From positions 1 to 64,000 of IMG/VR virus record IMGVR_UViG_3300028840_005153: a stretch of DNA of 64,000 nt. One strand, 5' to 3'. Shown in pieces: positions 46,655 to 57,453 of this stretch. The notes under the pieces were generated by a model. The model saw nothing but the letters and a program-made list of their open reading frames with translations, made no database searches and was not told the origin of the DNA. Every line of letters begins with the position of its first letter. The stretch's first letter is position 1. The stretch comes from a virus. The position numbers were made by a program, and so were the translations under genes.

Positions 46655-49600
46655 ATGGGCACATATAACATAGAGTATTTTGAAAATTCCCGGATATTAG
46701 ATGCCAATGAAGGCGATCTTGGAGCTGGAAATGATAATGAAACTATTGGTTATGTGGATCCCGGAACGCAGTTAATCCTTGCCGTAGCTGTAAGGGAGGG
46801 AGCTTGCCGCAAGGCAACAGGAAGCCAACAACTTCGATTGTATTTTGATTGTGATCATACTGGTGATTGGGTAGCAGTCGCTACAGGTCAACATATTATT
46901 CCGGGAAGTAATACTTCGCTTGTAGATGGCGCTTCAGTTTCTCAGCATGTAAATACAGGTCCCACAGGGGATTGTACTTCCGGCTTTGAAGCTACAGGAA
47001 AAGAAGTTGAAGGCGTAAATACTTCGGATGCTTTCGCAATATCTGCGGATTATTATACAGAAGTTCATTTCGCAATCGACACTACAAATTGCCCACTCAG
47101 TGATGATATTACTTTCTGCATTTATAATGTTGATTCCGGTGTAACACTCACCAATTCAGCTGAAACCAGTCTTACTCTCGGAGCAAGCATTTCAATTCGC
47201 AATGCCCTAAGTGGTGTTCACATAAATGCTCCAACTGGAAACATAGAGAAAATTCCCACTGACACTTTCAGCTTTACTATTCAAGCCGAAGAAGATGGTG
47301 GAACTGCTCCGGCTAATTATATGCTGATCTGGGAATGGGATCAAGGGACTGGTAATTGGCAACAGATTCCAACAAGTGGTTCCGCTTTAACTGCAAACGA
47401 TACTTGGGAACAGGTCACTGTTACAGGACTACCTGAGAAGACAAGAACAATCACTTGTAATACTCTCGGCACTTATCAAATACGCGGAAGAGTTTCGTAT
47501 GGTGGTTTAACAAATGGTTTCGTTTCATCTGCTTTAACTGTTTCCGTTGTGGAATCCACTGGAACCACATATCAGGGCGCTTGCGCGGATGGCGTAGATA
47601 TGTCAGATGTTTCATCTTTACTTCTTACGCTTGGTGCTTTATCTTCTGATGGTATTGATCTTTCTGATATTCCATCTTCCCTTATGAAACTTTATGGAAC
47701 GGCAGAGGATGGGTTTGATCTTTCTGAATTAATATCCGGTTCCATCCTTCTTCTTGCTTCCTCTTCTGATGGGGTTGTGCTATCAGAAGAAAGATCAATA
47801 TCCCTTATGTTAAATGTTGATGCCGCAGATGGGATAAGTTTTTCGGAAGCAATCGATGTTATAAAAACTCTTGGCGGCTTTGCGGAAGATGGCGTGGATG
47901 TTTCGGATGCAAATTCCGTGATTGCTGCTATCATTGCTTCTGCCGAAGATGGGTTGAGTCTGTCTGAAGATTTGGCAAGGGCATTAATCACCGCCGCAAT
48001 ATCTGAAGATATTGTAGATATTTCAGATATACCATCAAGCATCGCTTCTCTCTTTGCTTCGGTAGAAGATGGAGCGGATCTCAGTGAAGATGTTTCTGGA
48101 TTTTTAAATCTTTTATCTTCAGTTCAAGATGGGGTATCATTCAGTGAATTAATAGGAAGAGTAGCGACGTATCGTGGTGTTTCTTCTGACGGGATAAGTA
48201 CGGCTGATGGGGATTCCAATATTGCAAATTTTGTATCGAATGTATTGGACGGTGCAAATATTGGTGAGATTGTATCTTCAATAGCGAAGTTTTTCGTTCA
48301 GTCAAACGATGGGGTAAATCTTTCGGATGATTCCAACATTACTCTCAGTCTTCAGGTCGATGCGGCTGATGGAATTACTTTGATTGAGAGCGTTGATCCA
48401 ATTCAACATTTCGGGGGGATTGCAGAAGATACGATGCGATTTTCTGAAACCCTTCAGGGCCTTGGTTCTTTCTTTGGATCTTCTTCCGAATCCATGAATA
48501 TATCTGACTATCCCCAAGCGATAGCGGATCTGCTCGTTCAGACGCAAGACGGTTTTACTTCTTCTGATGTTGCTTCTGCGGTTTTGAATTTGGCGGCATT
48601 GATAGAAGATGGAGTTGTGATATCTGAAACAATAACTGCTGCAATTATCTTGGGGACAATATCAGCAGCTATTTCTGATGGGATTGATTTTTCTGATCAA
48701 CCAATAGTGGATGCCTTTTATAGAAGATTAGTTCAAGATGGAACGAAGATATCAGACATCGACAGCATCCTTAAAACATTAAATGGATTGGCAGAAGATG
48801 AATCGATTTTTTCAGAAATATCAAGCGCTATTCAAAATATTCTGGCATCATTAGGGGAACAGATTGTTCTTTCAGAAATATCAAATGCTATTCAAAGTAT
48901 TTTGGTGGCGTCGGAGGAACAGATTGTTCTTTCAGAAATATCAAGTACTATTCAAAATATTTTGGGATCTTCAGAAGAAGAAATTGTCCTTTCAGAAATA
49001 TCAAGCGCCATTCAAAATATTTTAGGATCTTCAGAAGATCATGCAATTCTTTCAGACATAACGAGTGCTATTCAAAATATTTTGGGATTGGCAGAAGATC
49101 ACACAATCCTTTCAGACATATCAAACGCAATTATAAGCATCCTTGGTTTGTCGGAAGATGGAACAATAATATCTGATTCCGGATTAATTCATGTTATACG
49201 GCATGGAATTTCTTCTGATTCTGCTGATCTTTCCGATGTTTCCTTGGTCCTTGCGGCATTTTCTTCGCTGATATCAAACGGGATTTCTGTTGGAGATATT
49301 CCTTCAGCCTTGGCGAAAATCTATGCTTCTTTGGCGGATCAAGTAGCACTTTCAGAGACAATAATATCTGATGTACTCGCTGGAGGAATAATATATGGGT
49401 GGTTAGTGGATTCTATCCGAATCTCAGATCAATCAACAAATTGGGCTTCCTTTATTGCGCAGTCAGAAGAAAATGCCGTTATTTCTGAAACGATAAATGG
49501 AATTGCTTCTCTGATATCGGAAACTATTGATGGGATTGAATTATCAGAAGCAAATTCTATTATCAAGATGATACTGGCGGAAGCTGAAGATGGTTCTTCG

Positions 49601-50155
49601 ATCTCTGAAGTCATTCAAGGATTGGTGAAAAAGTTCGGTTCTTTGGATGATGGACTTTTGCTTTCGGATATATCTTCCAGATTTGCTTCTCTGATTGTGC
49701 AAGCAAATGATTATGCTTTGGTTTCGGATATATCTTCTTCCATTGCTTCATTGATATCCAGCTTGGCTGATGGGGCTTCCTTTTCGGATATCACAGATGG
49801 GGTTCGAAGGTATCTTGTCGGGGTTCTGGATGGTGTAGAAATTTCTGAATCTATTATTGGGAGCTTAATTCTTCCTGTCATTTATGGAGTGGTGGCAGAT
49901 GCTCTCGATCTTGGAGATTCATCTATTCCGACAATTAACTTTCAAGTTCAGTGTTCTGATTCAGCGAGTGTTTCTGATACAACGGCATCAATTATTCAGA
50001 AGATTGGAACGGTTTCGGAGATATTCAAGTTAAGTGATATTGTAGTTCATTATCTTCCAAATGGAATCGTGAAGGTATCTGTTAGTTCAAAAAGAGCAAA
50101 CATAATCATCACGGTCAGTAGGCCGGATGTAAATATAACGGCCAGAACGGAATAA
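46655..50155 (+). CDS. Large virion fibre-like protein with about 20-aa Ser/Asp/Ile repeats
   Basis: N-terminal beta-rich domain, then dozens of DG..(L/I/F)S(D/E) repeats. Confidence 0.7.
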   Translation: MGTYNIEYFENSRILDANEGDLGAGNDNETIGYVDPGTQLILAVAVREGACRKATGSQQLRLYFDCDHTGDWVAVATGQHIIPGSNTSLVDGASVSQHVNTGPTGDCTSGFEATGKEVEGVNTSDAFAISADYYTEVHFAIDTTNCPLSDDITFCIYNVDSGVTLTNSAETSLTLGASISIRNALSGVHINAPTGNIEKIPTDTFSFTIQAEEDGGTAPANYMLIWEWDQGTGNWQQIPTSGSALTANDTWEQVTVTGLPEKTRTITCNTLGTYQIRGRVSYGGLTNGFVSSALTVSVVESTGTTYQGACADGVDMSDVSSLLLTLGALSSDGIDLSDIPSSLMKLYGTAEDGFDLSELISGSILLLASSSDGVVLSEERSISLMLNVDAADGISFSEAIDVIKTLGGFAEDGVDVSDANSVIAAIIASAEDGLSLSEDLARALITAAISEDIVDISDIPSSIASLFASVEDGADLSEDVSGFLNLLSSVQDGVSFSELIGRVATYRGVSSDGISTADGDSNIANFVSNVLDGANIGEIVSSIAKFFVQSNDGVNLSDDSNITLSLQVDAADGITLIESVDPIQHFGGIAEDTMRFSETLQGLGSFFGSSSESMNISDYPQAIADLLVQTQDGFTSSDVASAVLNLAALIEDGVVISETITAAIILGTISAAISDGIDFSDQPIVDAFYRRLVQDGTKISDIDSILKTLNGLAEDESIFSEISSAIQNILASLGEQIVLSEISNAIQSILVASEEQIVLSEISSTIQNILGSSEEEIVLSEISSAIQNILGSSEDHAILSDITSAIQNILGLAEDHTILSDISNAIISILGLSEDGTIISDSGLIHVIRHGISSDSADLSDVSLVLAAFSSLISNGISVGDIPSALAKIYASLADQVALSETIISDVLAGGIIYGWLVDSIRISDQSTNWASFIAQSEENAVISETINGIASLISETIDGIELSEANSIIKMILAEAEDGSSISEVIQGLVKKFGSLDDGLLLSDISSRFASLIVQANDYALVSDISSSIASLISSLADGASFSDITDGVRRYLVGVLDGVEISESIIGSLILPVIYGVVADALDLGDSSIPTINFQVQCSDSASVSDTTASIIQKIGTVSEIFKLSDIVVHYLPNGIVKVSVSSKRANIIITVSRPDVNITARTE
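48811..49170 (+). repeat. Six tandem 60-bp repeats within fibre gene
   Basis: TTCAGA(A/C)ATA recurs every 60 bp (48811, 48871, 48931, 48991, 49051, 49111). Confidence 0.9.
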
Positions 50156-50218
50156 CAAAAAGTTGATTCCGGCATGTGTATTAAACCAATGAAGTAAATA
50201 AGAAAAAGGAGAAGAAGA

Positions 50219-50722
50219 ATGAAACAAGGAATGAGAGTCGGCGGTGTTTTTACGGTTAAATGTTTTGGCCCGGATGGGAAATTGAAGTGGGAAGATATTG
50301 CGAAGAATTTGATCACTAACGAAGGCTTGGATCACATTCTTGATGTTCTTCTCACTGGATCCGGGGAAAGCCAAGTTGATCCGTGGTATGTCGGTTTGAA
50401 AAATACCGGCACTCCGGCGGCTGGAGATACATTGGCTGCCCATGCAACGTGGACGGAAAATGCCAACTACACCGGTGACCGGAAAGAATATGTTGATGTT
50501 GCTTCTTCCGGTCAAAGTATTACCAACGCGGCCAGCAAAGCTTCATTTTCTATCGACACCAACTCCCAGACGATTGCTGGAGCTTTTCTTTGCTCCGCCC
50601 AGACCGGCACATCAGGTATTCTTCTTTGCGTGGCAGATTTCACCGGCGGTGATAAATCGGCGGATAGCGGAGATACTCTGGAAGTGACCTATGTTATCTC
50701 AGCTGCGGATGATGGATCCTAA
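50219..50722 (+). CDS. Virion structural protein (fibre-associated type)
   Basis: N.ITNEG, WYVGL, TI.GAFL, K....GDTL.VTY pattern common in phage structural proteins. Confidence 0.65.
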   Translation: MKQGMRVGGVFTVKCFGPDGKLKWEDIAKNLITNEGLDHILDVLLTGSGESQVDPWYVGLKNTGTPAAGDTLAAHATWTENANYTGDRKEYVDVASSGQSITNAASKASFSIDTNSQTIAGAFLCSAQTGTSGILLCVADFTGGDKSADSGDTLEVTYVISAADDGS

Positions 50723-50776
50723 TTAACTTCAGAAGAAAATTCTTTCGTTAATTGATAAAAATAAGGAGCAGGGGAA

Positions 50777-51106
50777 ATGGCAATAAAACTTGAAACGTCT
50801 GCACGAGAAGAGGGAACTTACGTCATCACTTGTTCTTTTACAGATGAAGAAGGACAGGATGTCGTTCCAAATAATAATCTTGTTTGGACTTTGAAAAATC
50901 GTGCAGGAGAAGTAATCAATGAAAGAGAAAATATATCCATTTCCCCTGCTACTTCTATCACAGTAGTATTGTATGGAAACGACCTTTTACTTCCAGATGA
51001 AAAAGATTTCTTTCGTATATTTTTAATAGAAGGAACTTATAATTCTTCACTTGGAAATGACTTGCCAATTAGGGAAGCAGCAGAATTTCCAATATCCAAT
51101 ATTTAA
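50777..51106 (+). CDS. Small beta-sandwich structural protein (BppU-like, uncertain)
   Basis: Beta-rich composition; AAGGAG RBS. Confidence 0.45.
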   Translation: MAIKLETSAREEGTYVITCSFTDEEGQDVVPNNNLVWTLKNRAGEVINERENISISPATSITVVLYGNDLLLPDEKDFFRIFLIEGTYNSSLGNDLPIREAAEFPISNI

Positions 51107-51202
51107 ATTGACTTCCATTGTTTCCACTTAAATTTTGGAATGGGAACAAATAACTTTTAAAGAAAATAAAAGAACGAGTGGGAACATTAAAGGAGAGAAA
51201 CA

Positions 51203-53290
51203 ATGGGAATCATTTCTACCGTTCGTGATTTATTTACACGAAATATGGCATTCAGTGATGCTTATGTTGCAAAAATGGGACAGCCTAAATTTAAAAGCTG
51301 GAGCGTTCAAAAAGCAGTCAAAGACGGCTATATCGCTTCAGGATGGGTTTATCGTGCTGTCCGCCTTATTACTGATGCTGCCAGTTCCGTTCCATGGAAA
51401 GTAATGGGCGAAGATGGAGAGTATATCTCTGACCATCCTCTTCGAAGACTTTTTAAATATCCTAATCCGCATATGTCTTCGCGCCAATTGATGCGGTTAA
51501 TAATTTCATGGCTTGAACTGAGCGGGAATTCTTATCTTTATAAAAACAAAATAGGAATGTCTACGAAAGAGCTTTGGCCTATTTCTCCCGACCGGATTGC
51601 TCCAATGCCTTCAAAGACAATAGATGAATGGCTCAAAGGCTATGCCTTGGATGGGAAAAATGCTATCGCATATGAGCCAGAACAAATTATTCATCTAAAA
51701 TTTATGGATCCTGGAGATCCTCTTCTTGGAATCTCTCCTCTGGAAGCGGCACGTCGCGCGGTAGATGTTGATGTGGATCAACAAGGATGGACGAAATCTG
51801 CGATGCAAAATCGCGGTGTTATGGATGGCATTTTTTCTTTTGAGAAAACTTTCAAGAATATGAAAGAAGCGGATGAGGTAAGTGAACGATTAAATGAACG
51901 TTATGCAGGAAAGAAAAACGCAAGGAAGATCGGAGTAATTGGCGGAAAAGCAAGTTATAACAGGATAGGCATGACGGCTATTGAAATGGATTATATGAAT
52001 AGTCGTAAATTTAACAGGGAAGAAATTCTTATCATCTTCGGCGTTCCGCCTATTTACGCTGGAGCAATGGAAAGATCAACATATAATAACTACACAACAA
52101 GTGAACTCGTTTTTTGGTTTTCTACTGTCATTCCTCTTCTGGATGACATATCAGACATGCTTAGTTTTTCTCTTCAAGATGAATTGGCAGATGGAGAGAA
52201 AATAGCGGCAGATATTTCCCAGGTTCCTGCTATCCGTATGGCTATGGAAAAGAAAGCACAAACGGCAAAAGTCCTACATGATATGGGTGTTCCTTTCGAA
52301 CAAATAAATCGCGTTTTCGAATTTGGTTTCGAAGAATTTGAAGGTTGGGATAAATCTCTTATTAATACTTCGACTAAAAATAAAAAGGAAGAAGTTAAAG
52401 AACTCATAGATACAAAGGAAGGTCGTGCAGCATTAGTGCAAATTATAAATGCGGATGGTAATTTTATCAAAGCAAGTGAAAATGGAGTGCGCTCATTGCC
52501 GCTTGATTTAACTAATTCAATGCGTTCAATAAAAAAAATTAATAAGTTTACTCTCGTAGAAAAAAGAAATTTCGAAGATGAAACAATTGAAAGAGAAAGA
52601 ATTATCAAAGAGGAGATAGCTCCTAAAATTATTAATATCTTCGAAGACACTCGTGATGAAATTGCAGAAAGCATGGCAAGGACGGGGACAGATAAAGTAA
52701 AAACGGCTCAAGCTATTATCTTCGACCATTCAAAAGATTTCGAAGATGTTTTGCGCGAAATCTATATGGATTTTGGTTTGAAATTTGGGAAAGATATTGT
52801 AGTTCAAAGACAAGAAATTTCGGATGAACTTGAAGCAATGCTTAATCAATATTTAGATGAAGAAGCGGTTTTGTTCGAAGAAGTTTCTGCAATCAATAAA
52901 ACTTCTTCGAGCCTCATTACGGATTTAATAGAAGATAGCCTTGAAAATGGAATGTCCACAACGCAATTACAGCAAGCCATTATGGACGTTGGAGTTTTCT
53001 CTCCCGGTCGAGCTTTAACTATCGGTAGAACCTCACTTGGAACTGCTCAATCAATTGGGCAATGGCATTCCGCTTATCTTACTGGAGCAACTCATAAAAC
53101 ATGGATAACGGCAGTATTTGATGTCCGAGAAGAACATACCGAAAGAAGTGGAGAGAAAGTTAGGATCAGTGATACATTTTCTCCGAAATTTGGTATGTCT
53201 ATCGGCCCTCGCTGGCCTTTAGATAATCGCTTGGTCGCGGCGGACAGGGTTAATTGCCGCTGTTCGATGAGCTTTAGCATAGAGGATTAA
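51203..53290 (+). CDS. Portal protein (HK97-type) fused to MuF/minor head domain
   Basis: WVYRAV..I....SSVPW, PNP, L.LSGN.Y, IIHLK..P....GISPL, FGVPP; C-terminal RA.TI.RT, K.W, R..H, NCRC. Confidence 0.92.
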   Translation: MGIISTVRDLFTRNMAFSDAYVAKMGQPKFKSWSVQKAVKDGYIASGWVYRAVRLITDAASSVPWKVMGEDGEYISDHPLRRLFKYPNPHMSSRQLMRLIISWLELSGNSYLYKNKIGMSTKELWPISPDRIAPMPSKTIDEWLKGYALDGKNAIAYEPEQIIHLKFMDPGDPLLGISPLEAARRAVDVDVDQQGWTKSAMQNRGVMDGIFSFEKTFKNMKEADEVSERLNERYAGKKNARKIGVIGGKASYNRIGMTAIEMDYMNSRKFNREEILIIFGVPPIYAGAMERSTYNNYTTSELVFWFSTVIPLLDDISDMLSFSLQDELADGEKIAADISQVPAIRMAMEKKAQTAKVLHDMGVPFEQINRVFEFGFEEFEGWDKSLINTSTKNKKEEVKELIDTKEGRAALVQIINADGNFIKASENGVRSLPLDLTNSMRSIKKINKFTLVEKRNFEDETIERERIIKEEIAPKIINIFEDTRDEIAESMARTGTDKVKTAQAIIFDHSKDFEDVLREIYMDFGLKFGKDIVVQRQEISDELEAMLNQYLDEEAVLFEEVSAINKTSSSLITDLIEDSLENGMSTTQLQQAIMDVGVFSPGRALTIGRTSLGTAQSIGQWHSAYLTGATHKTWITAVFDVREEHTERSGEKVRISDTFSPKFGMSIGPRWPLDNRLVAADRVNCRCSMSFSIED

Positions 53291-53320
53291 AAAAATCTTT
53301 TTAAAAGGAGAAGAAAAAAA

Positions 53321-54529
53321 ATGAAAAACAAAAAAGTATTGAATCGAAGTAAAGTTGTTGGAATTCGCGGTATGGAATTCCGCCCTATTGGGGAAGTGCG
53401 TTCAGTTATTGAAGAGGAAGGCATTGTTGAAGCTTACCTTACGAAATGGAATACTGTCGATTCATATAATTCTACTTTCAAGCGTGGTGCTTTCAAAAAG
53501 ACTTTTAAGGAACGGCAAGGAAAGATCCGTCTTCTTTTTAATCATCAAACACTTTGCGGGAAAGTCCTCGAAGCAAAAGAAGATTCAGTTGGTCCTTTTG
53601 TTCGTTGTCAATTCAATATGGATACTACTGCCGGGAAAGATGCTTTTGCTCATGTTCGCGCCGGAGATGTTGATGCTTTTTCTTTCGGTTTTAATGTTAC
53701 CAAATCAGGAAAGCGTGAAGGTATAAGAGAAATTCAAGAAGTAATTTGTATGGAATGCGGTCCTGTTATCTTTCCGGCAAATGAAGAGGCTTCCATCGTT
53801 GCTTTCCGCACTTCACTGGAAGAAGCTGGACGCATTGTTATTGACCCTGATGAAGAGGAGGGAGGTGAAGAAGAAAGAGCAGAAGACTTTGATGATACAC
53901 TCGAAGATAATCTTCTTATGGGAATGGGATGGCGTTTGATTACTGCGCTTGATGAAACGCTTGATTCGTGTTGGTGGAATAGCTCTGATTCTGATGAAGT
54001 AATTTCAAAGTTGGATGAAGCAATTGCAAAGTTTCAATCTTCTTATCTTCAGTGGGCGAGAGATTTTACTTCTCGTTTCTGGGATGGTGAATCGCGCAGT
54101 TTTCCTTCGACAAACATGCTTATCAGCATGATGAGTAAATATGGCGGCGATCTGGAAGATATTGCCAAACGTACAAGTTTTAAAATCGAAGAACTCGAAG
54201 AATTGCGTCATGGCAATATTCTACCCATTGAAAGCCGAAGTAAACTGGCAGAATTGCCTCAACCTGTATCCGACGCGCACCATCAGCGTCGCTGTGAAAA
54301 GATCGAAGAATTGTGCACTGAATTTCGTGCACGAGGTTTCAGCAAAGTAGAAAAAATGCGATTCGGCGCTTTGCTTGGCTTAACCACAATCGAAGATGTT
54401 CGTTCTAACCCGGAAGAGATCGATGATGAAGCTGCTTCAGAATTGCGCAATCTTTGCGAAACCCTGGAAAACTTTTCTTTTACCACTCACAAAAAAGAAA
54501 AAGAAAACACTCCTGATCCGGAGAAGTAA
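53321..54529 (+). CDS. HK97-family prohead protease with C-terminal extension
   Basis: DSY...F.RGAF.KT, LLFNH, FSFGF, E...V.FPAN..A. Confidence 0.9.
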   Translation: MKNKKVLNRSKVVGIRGMEFRPIGEVRSVIEEEGIVEAYLTKWNTVDSYNSTFKRGAFKKTFKERQGKIRLLFNHQTLCGKVLEAKEDSVGPFVRCQFNMDTTAGKDAFAHVRAGDVDAFSFGFNVTKSGKREGIREIQEVICMECGPVIFPANEEASIVAFRTSLEEAGRIVIDPDEEEGGEEERAEDFDDTLEDNLLMGMGWRLITALDETLDSCWWNSSDSDEVISKLDEAIAKFQSSYLQWARDFTSRFWDGESRSFPSTNMLISMMSKYGGDLEDIAKRTSFKIEELEELRHGNILPIESRSKLAELPQPVSDAHHQRRCEKIEELCTEFRARGFSKVEKMRFGALLGLTTIEDVRSNPEEIDDEAASELRNLCETLENFSFTTHKKEKENTPDPEK

Positions 54530-54640
54530 TTACTTCCACCAATCGGAGCCGTTTCATTTTCAATTTTGCTGAGCCGGCAGGAAAGTTTTTACAACAACCA
54601 AACCAAACTAAATCATTTTTTTTAAAAGGAGAAGTAAAAC

Positions 54641-55843
54641 ATGAAAGAAGAAATTCGCAAACTTACCGATTCCATCAATAAGCAGTTCACCGAGTACCGT
54701 GAAGTAAACGATCAGCGGCTCGAAGAACTCGAAACCCGAACTCAGGCAACTGCCGAAACCACCGAAAAATTGACAAAGATTGAATCTGATCTTACCGAGA
54801 CGCGTGAGCAGCTTACTGAGGCTCTGAAGAAAATGAATCGGCCGAAAGTTGAAACGCGTGAAGGCAAGGTAGAAGAAGTTACCGAAGAGGAATTGGAGCG
54901 TCGTAGTGCTTTCATTTCTTATCTTCGTCATGGTCTCGAAGACATGCAGGTCGAAGAAAAACGCGCTTTGTCTTCGGCTTCCGATGCGGATGGTGGCTTC
55001 CTGGTGCCTCCTTCTTTCGAATCCGGCATCATCATGAACGCTTACGATCTGGCGGAATTCCGGCCCCTCGCGCAAGTTGGCACCACCGGAAGGGATATGG
55101 TTTACCTTGGTGCTTTGAGTAAACCTTCCGTTGCATGGGGTCGCGCAAATTTGGCCGTTTCGGCAGGGGATCTTACTGCCGGAGCGCGTCGCTTGGCGAT
55201 TCATGATCTTCGAGCGCTCGTTCTTATTCATAATAATACTCTGGATGATTCCGATGCAAATATTATCGGAGAAATTCAAGACGCTTTCGGTCGTGCATGT
55301 GCGGAAGCAGAAGATGATGCGTTCCTGGTTGGAGCAGGTGATGACAACCCGATGGGTGTCATGCAGAATACTACCGTTCAGGCCAACTATGCCGCTTCCG
55401 GTGTTGCTGCTGCCCTTTACGATTCCAGCAATAATGGCATTGATGCTTTGATTACTTGCTATTACAAAATCAAGAAGACTTACCGAAAAAATGGTACTTT
55501 CTTCTTCAATAGCAATACGGAAGCAGTTATTCGAAAGCTGAAAGATAGCGATGGTCGTTATCTGTGGCAGCCTCCTGTCCTTGCAGGTGATCCGCCTACT
55601 CTCCTTGGAAAACCTGTTATTAATCCAGAAGGCATGGCTGATATTGCTGCTGGAGCTTTCCCCATTGGTTTCGGAGATATTCGTGCAGGATACAAAATCC
55701 GTGACCGGCAAGGCCTCGTGGTTACTCGTCTTCCGGAGCGTTATGCGGAATACGATCAGACAGGCTTCATTGTGAAGAAACGTGTCGGTGGCATGGTTAC
55801 TTTGGCCGAAGCCTTTGCTTGTGTGAAGATCGCCGCGAGCTAA
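54641..55843 (+). CDS. Major capsid protein (HK97 fold)
   Basis: N-terminal coiled-coil delta domain, DGGFLVP, AF..G.G...P.G, KLKD.DGRYLWQP, LLGKPV, FGD, RVGG. Confidence 0.96.
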   Translation: MKEEIRKLTDSINKQFTEYREVNDQRLEELETRTQATAETTEKLTKIESDLTETREQLTEALKKMNRPKVETREGKVEEVTEEELERRSAFISYLRHGLEDMQVEEKRALSSASDADGGFLVPPSFESGIIMNAYDLAEFRPLAQVGTTGRDMVYLGALSKPSVAWGRANLAVSAGDLTAGARRLAIHDLRALVLIHNNTLDDSDANIIGEIQDAFGRACAEAEDDAFLVGAGDDNPMGVMQNTTVQANYAASGVAAALYDSSNNGIDALITCYYKIKKTYRKNGTFFFNSNTEAVIRKLKDSDGRYLWQPPVLAGDPPTLLGKPVINPEGMADIAAGAFPIGFGDIRAGYKIRDRQGLVVTRLPERYAEYDQTGFIVKKRVGGMVTLAEAFACVKIAAS

Positions 55844-55959
55844 ATCCAGTATTGGTAATGGTTAACGGGAAGACTTTGGTTTTACTTTCCTCTTCCCGTT
55901 GTTTAAAATAATCTTTCAAATAATCTTCTATCAAACATTTTAAAAAGGAGAAGTAAATC

Positions 55960-56331
55960 ATGAAAATGGATCTTGCGAATTATACTTTCGCCGAAGCGAT
56001 CGCTGCTGCTTCCAAAACTGCTGCTGCTTATAATGGTACGACCGTTGATCATAAAAATGGTCCGGCGGCAGCTTTTATTCTCAACGTTGGAACGTTTGCT
56101 ACTTCCTGCGTTATGAAATTGCAATACTCTGAAAACGACAGTGATTGGACTGATGAACCGGACACTACTGCCGGGAATACTGTCAGCGTTACTTTGACAA
56201 CTGCCGGAACGGGCATTGTCTACGTTCCAAATCCGCGCGCTCGTTATTCCCGCGTGGTTCTTACTCTTGGAGGCACTTCGGTTGTTTCGGTTGTTTCTGC
56301 TGTTGGACCGAAACCTTCGGTTGGCCCGTAA
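55960..56331 (+). CDS. Capsid decoration / minor head protein
   Basis: Follows capsid; LQ.S....WTD, RY.RV motif. Confidence 0.65.
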   Translation: MKMDLANYTFAEAIAAASKTAAAYNGTTVDHKNGPAAAFILNVGTFATSCVMKLQYSENDSDWTDEPDTTAGNTVSVTLTTAGTGIVYVPNPRARYSRVVLTLGGTSVVSVVSAVGPKPSVGP

Positions 56332-56346
56332 GAAGTAAATTGAGTT

Positions 56347-56426
56347 TCCCGTGTCCAAGTGTTTAACCCTTCCTCCTTGGGAACACGGGACGGCGTCCGA
56401 GCGTTTGCCTCGGCGCTCGGACGCCA
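56347..56426 (+). other. Tandem GC-rich hairpins after capsid genes
   Basis: TCCCGTGT/ACACGGGA then GGCGTCCGAGCG/CGCTCGGACGCC. Confidence 0.6.
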
Positions 56427-56460
56427 TTTACTTCTTCAGAGGTAGATAAGGGAGAAAATC

Positions 56461-56889
56461 ATGCCAGAAGATTTCGGGCCTCAAAAGATTAGTGTTAAGA
56501 TGTTGAAAACTATGCCTGGAAGTGAAGACGGTTGCGAAGTAAAAATCTATGAAGAGGGACAGTATTACTTCATGGATAGAAGTTTGGCAAATGTCTTTAT
56601 TGAAAATGAATGGGCTCAACGTCGAGTGCGTAAACTTGAAAGGGTTGAAAAGGAAAAAGCAGAAGCAATAATCGAAGTAAAAGAAGAAAAGCCGAAAGAA
56701 GAAAACCTTTCAAAACCACCTTCAATTCAGGATTCAAAACCTCGCGAATGGATTGGACGCACTTTGAGAGCCGTTGAAACAGGCGAATTAAAAATGGTTG
56801 AATCGGCAAGGGGAAACCAAATTTTCTTCGAAGGCGAAGATGAAGGGGTTGACTATCGAACGGTTCGGAAAACAATGGAGGCAATTTAA
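56461..56889 (+). CDS. hypothetical head-associated protein
   Basis: Position between capsid and connector genes. Confidence 0.6.
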   Translation: MPEDFGPQKISVKMLKTMPGSEDGCEVKIYEEGQYYFMDRSLANVFIENEWAQRRVRKLERVEKEKAEAIIEVKEEKPKEENLSKPPSIQDSKPREWIGRTLRAVETGELKMVESARGNQIFFEGEDEGVDYRTVRKTMEAI

Positions 56890-56892
56890 AAA

Positions 56893-57453
56893 ATGACTCT
56901 CGAACTCGTTACTTTCAATAAAGTTAAAGATTTCCTTCAACTTGAGAGAGAGGAGAGTAGTTATCCAGAATTAGCTATCATTGCGCCTTCGGTTGTTTCA
57001 GCGATAGAAAATTTTATTGGAAGATTTTTAGAACAAAAGGAAAGAACCGAAGAGTTTTTAATTGGAAGTATTGCTACCCGTTTCATTGATTTAAAAGGCA
57101 TTCCAATTGTTTCCGTTTCTTCTGCTTCAGTTACTGAATTGGGAGATAGTGATACGCTTACTGAAAATGAAGACTTTATAATTTCAAACGGTGGCATTGA
57201 ATTACTTTATACTTCCTTTAAAAGATGCAAAGTTTCCGTTACTTATACTGGAGGTTATGCTGCCGATAATGTTCCAGAAGATATTCAAAGGGCGGCATTA
57301 CTTCAGACAGTTTATGAGTATCAATCAAAAGATTATGTTGGGGCAAGTTCAGTTACAACTGAAGGTGGTTCAATTCAACGCCCTCCAATTGGTTTGTTGA
57401 AAGAGGTTCGAAGACTTTTGGATAACTACAAGCATCCGGCGCAAATAGTATGA
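56893..57453 (+). CDS. Head-tail connector (gp6-like)
   Basis: LVT...VK.FL, V.YTGGY....VP.DI..A, V..LL..Y. Confidence 0.85.
   Translation: MTLELVTFNKVKDFLQLEREESSYPELAIIAPSVVSAIENFIGRFLEQKERTEEFLIGSIATRFIDLKGIPIVSVSSASVTELGDSDTLTENEDFIISNGGIELLYTSFKRCKVSVTYTGGYAADNVPEDIQRAALLQTVYEYQSKDYVGASSVTTEGGSIQRPPIGLLKEVRRLLDNYKHPAQIV

Noticed and set aside
48811-49170. Diversity-generating retroelement TR/VR pair
   Set aside because: Tandem in-frame coding repeats, differences not adenine-specific, and no reverse transcriptase in the window
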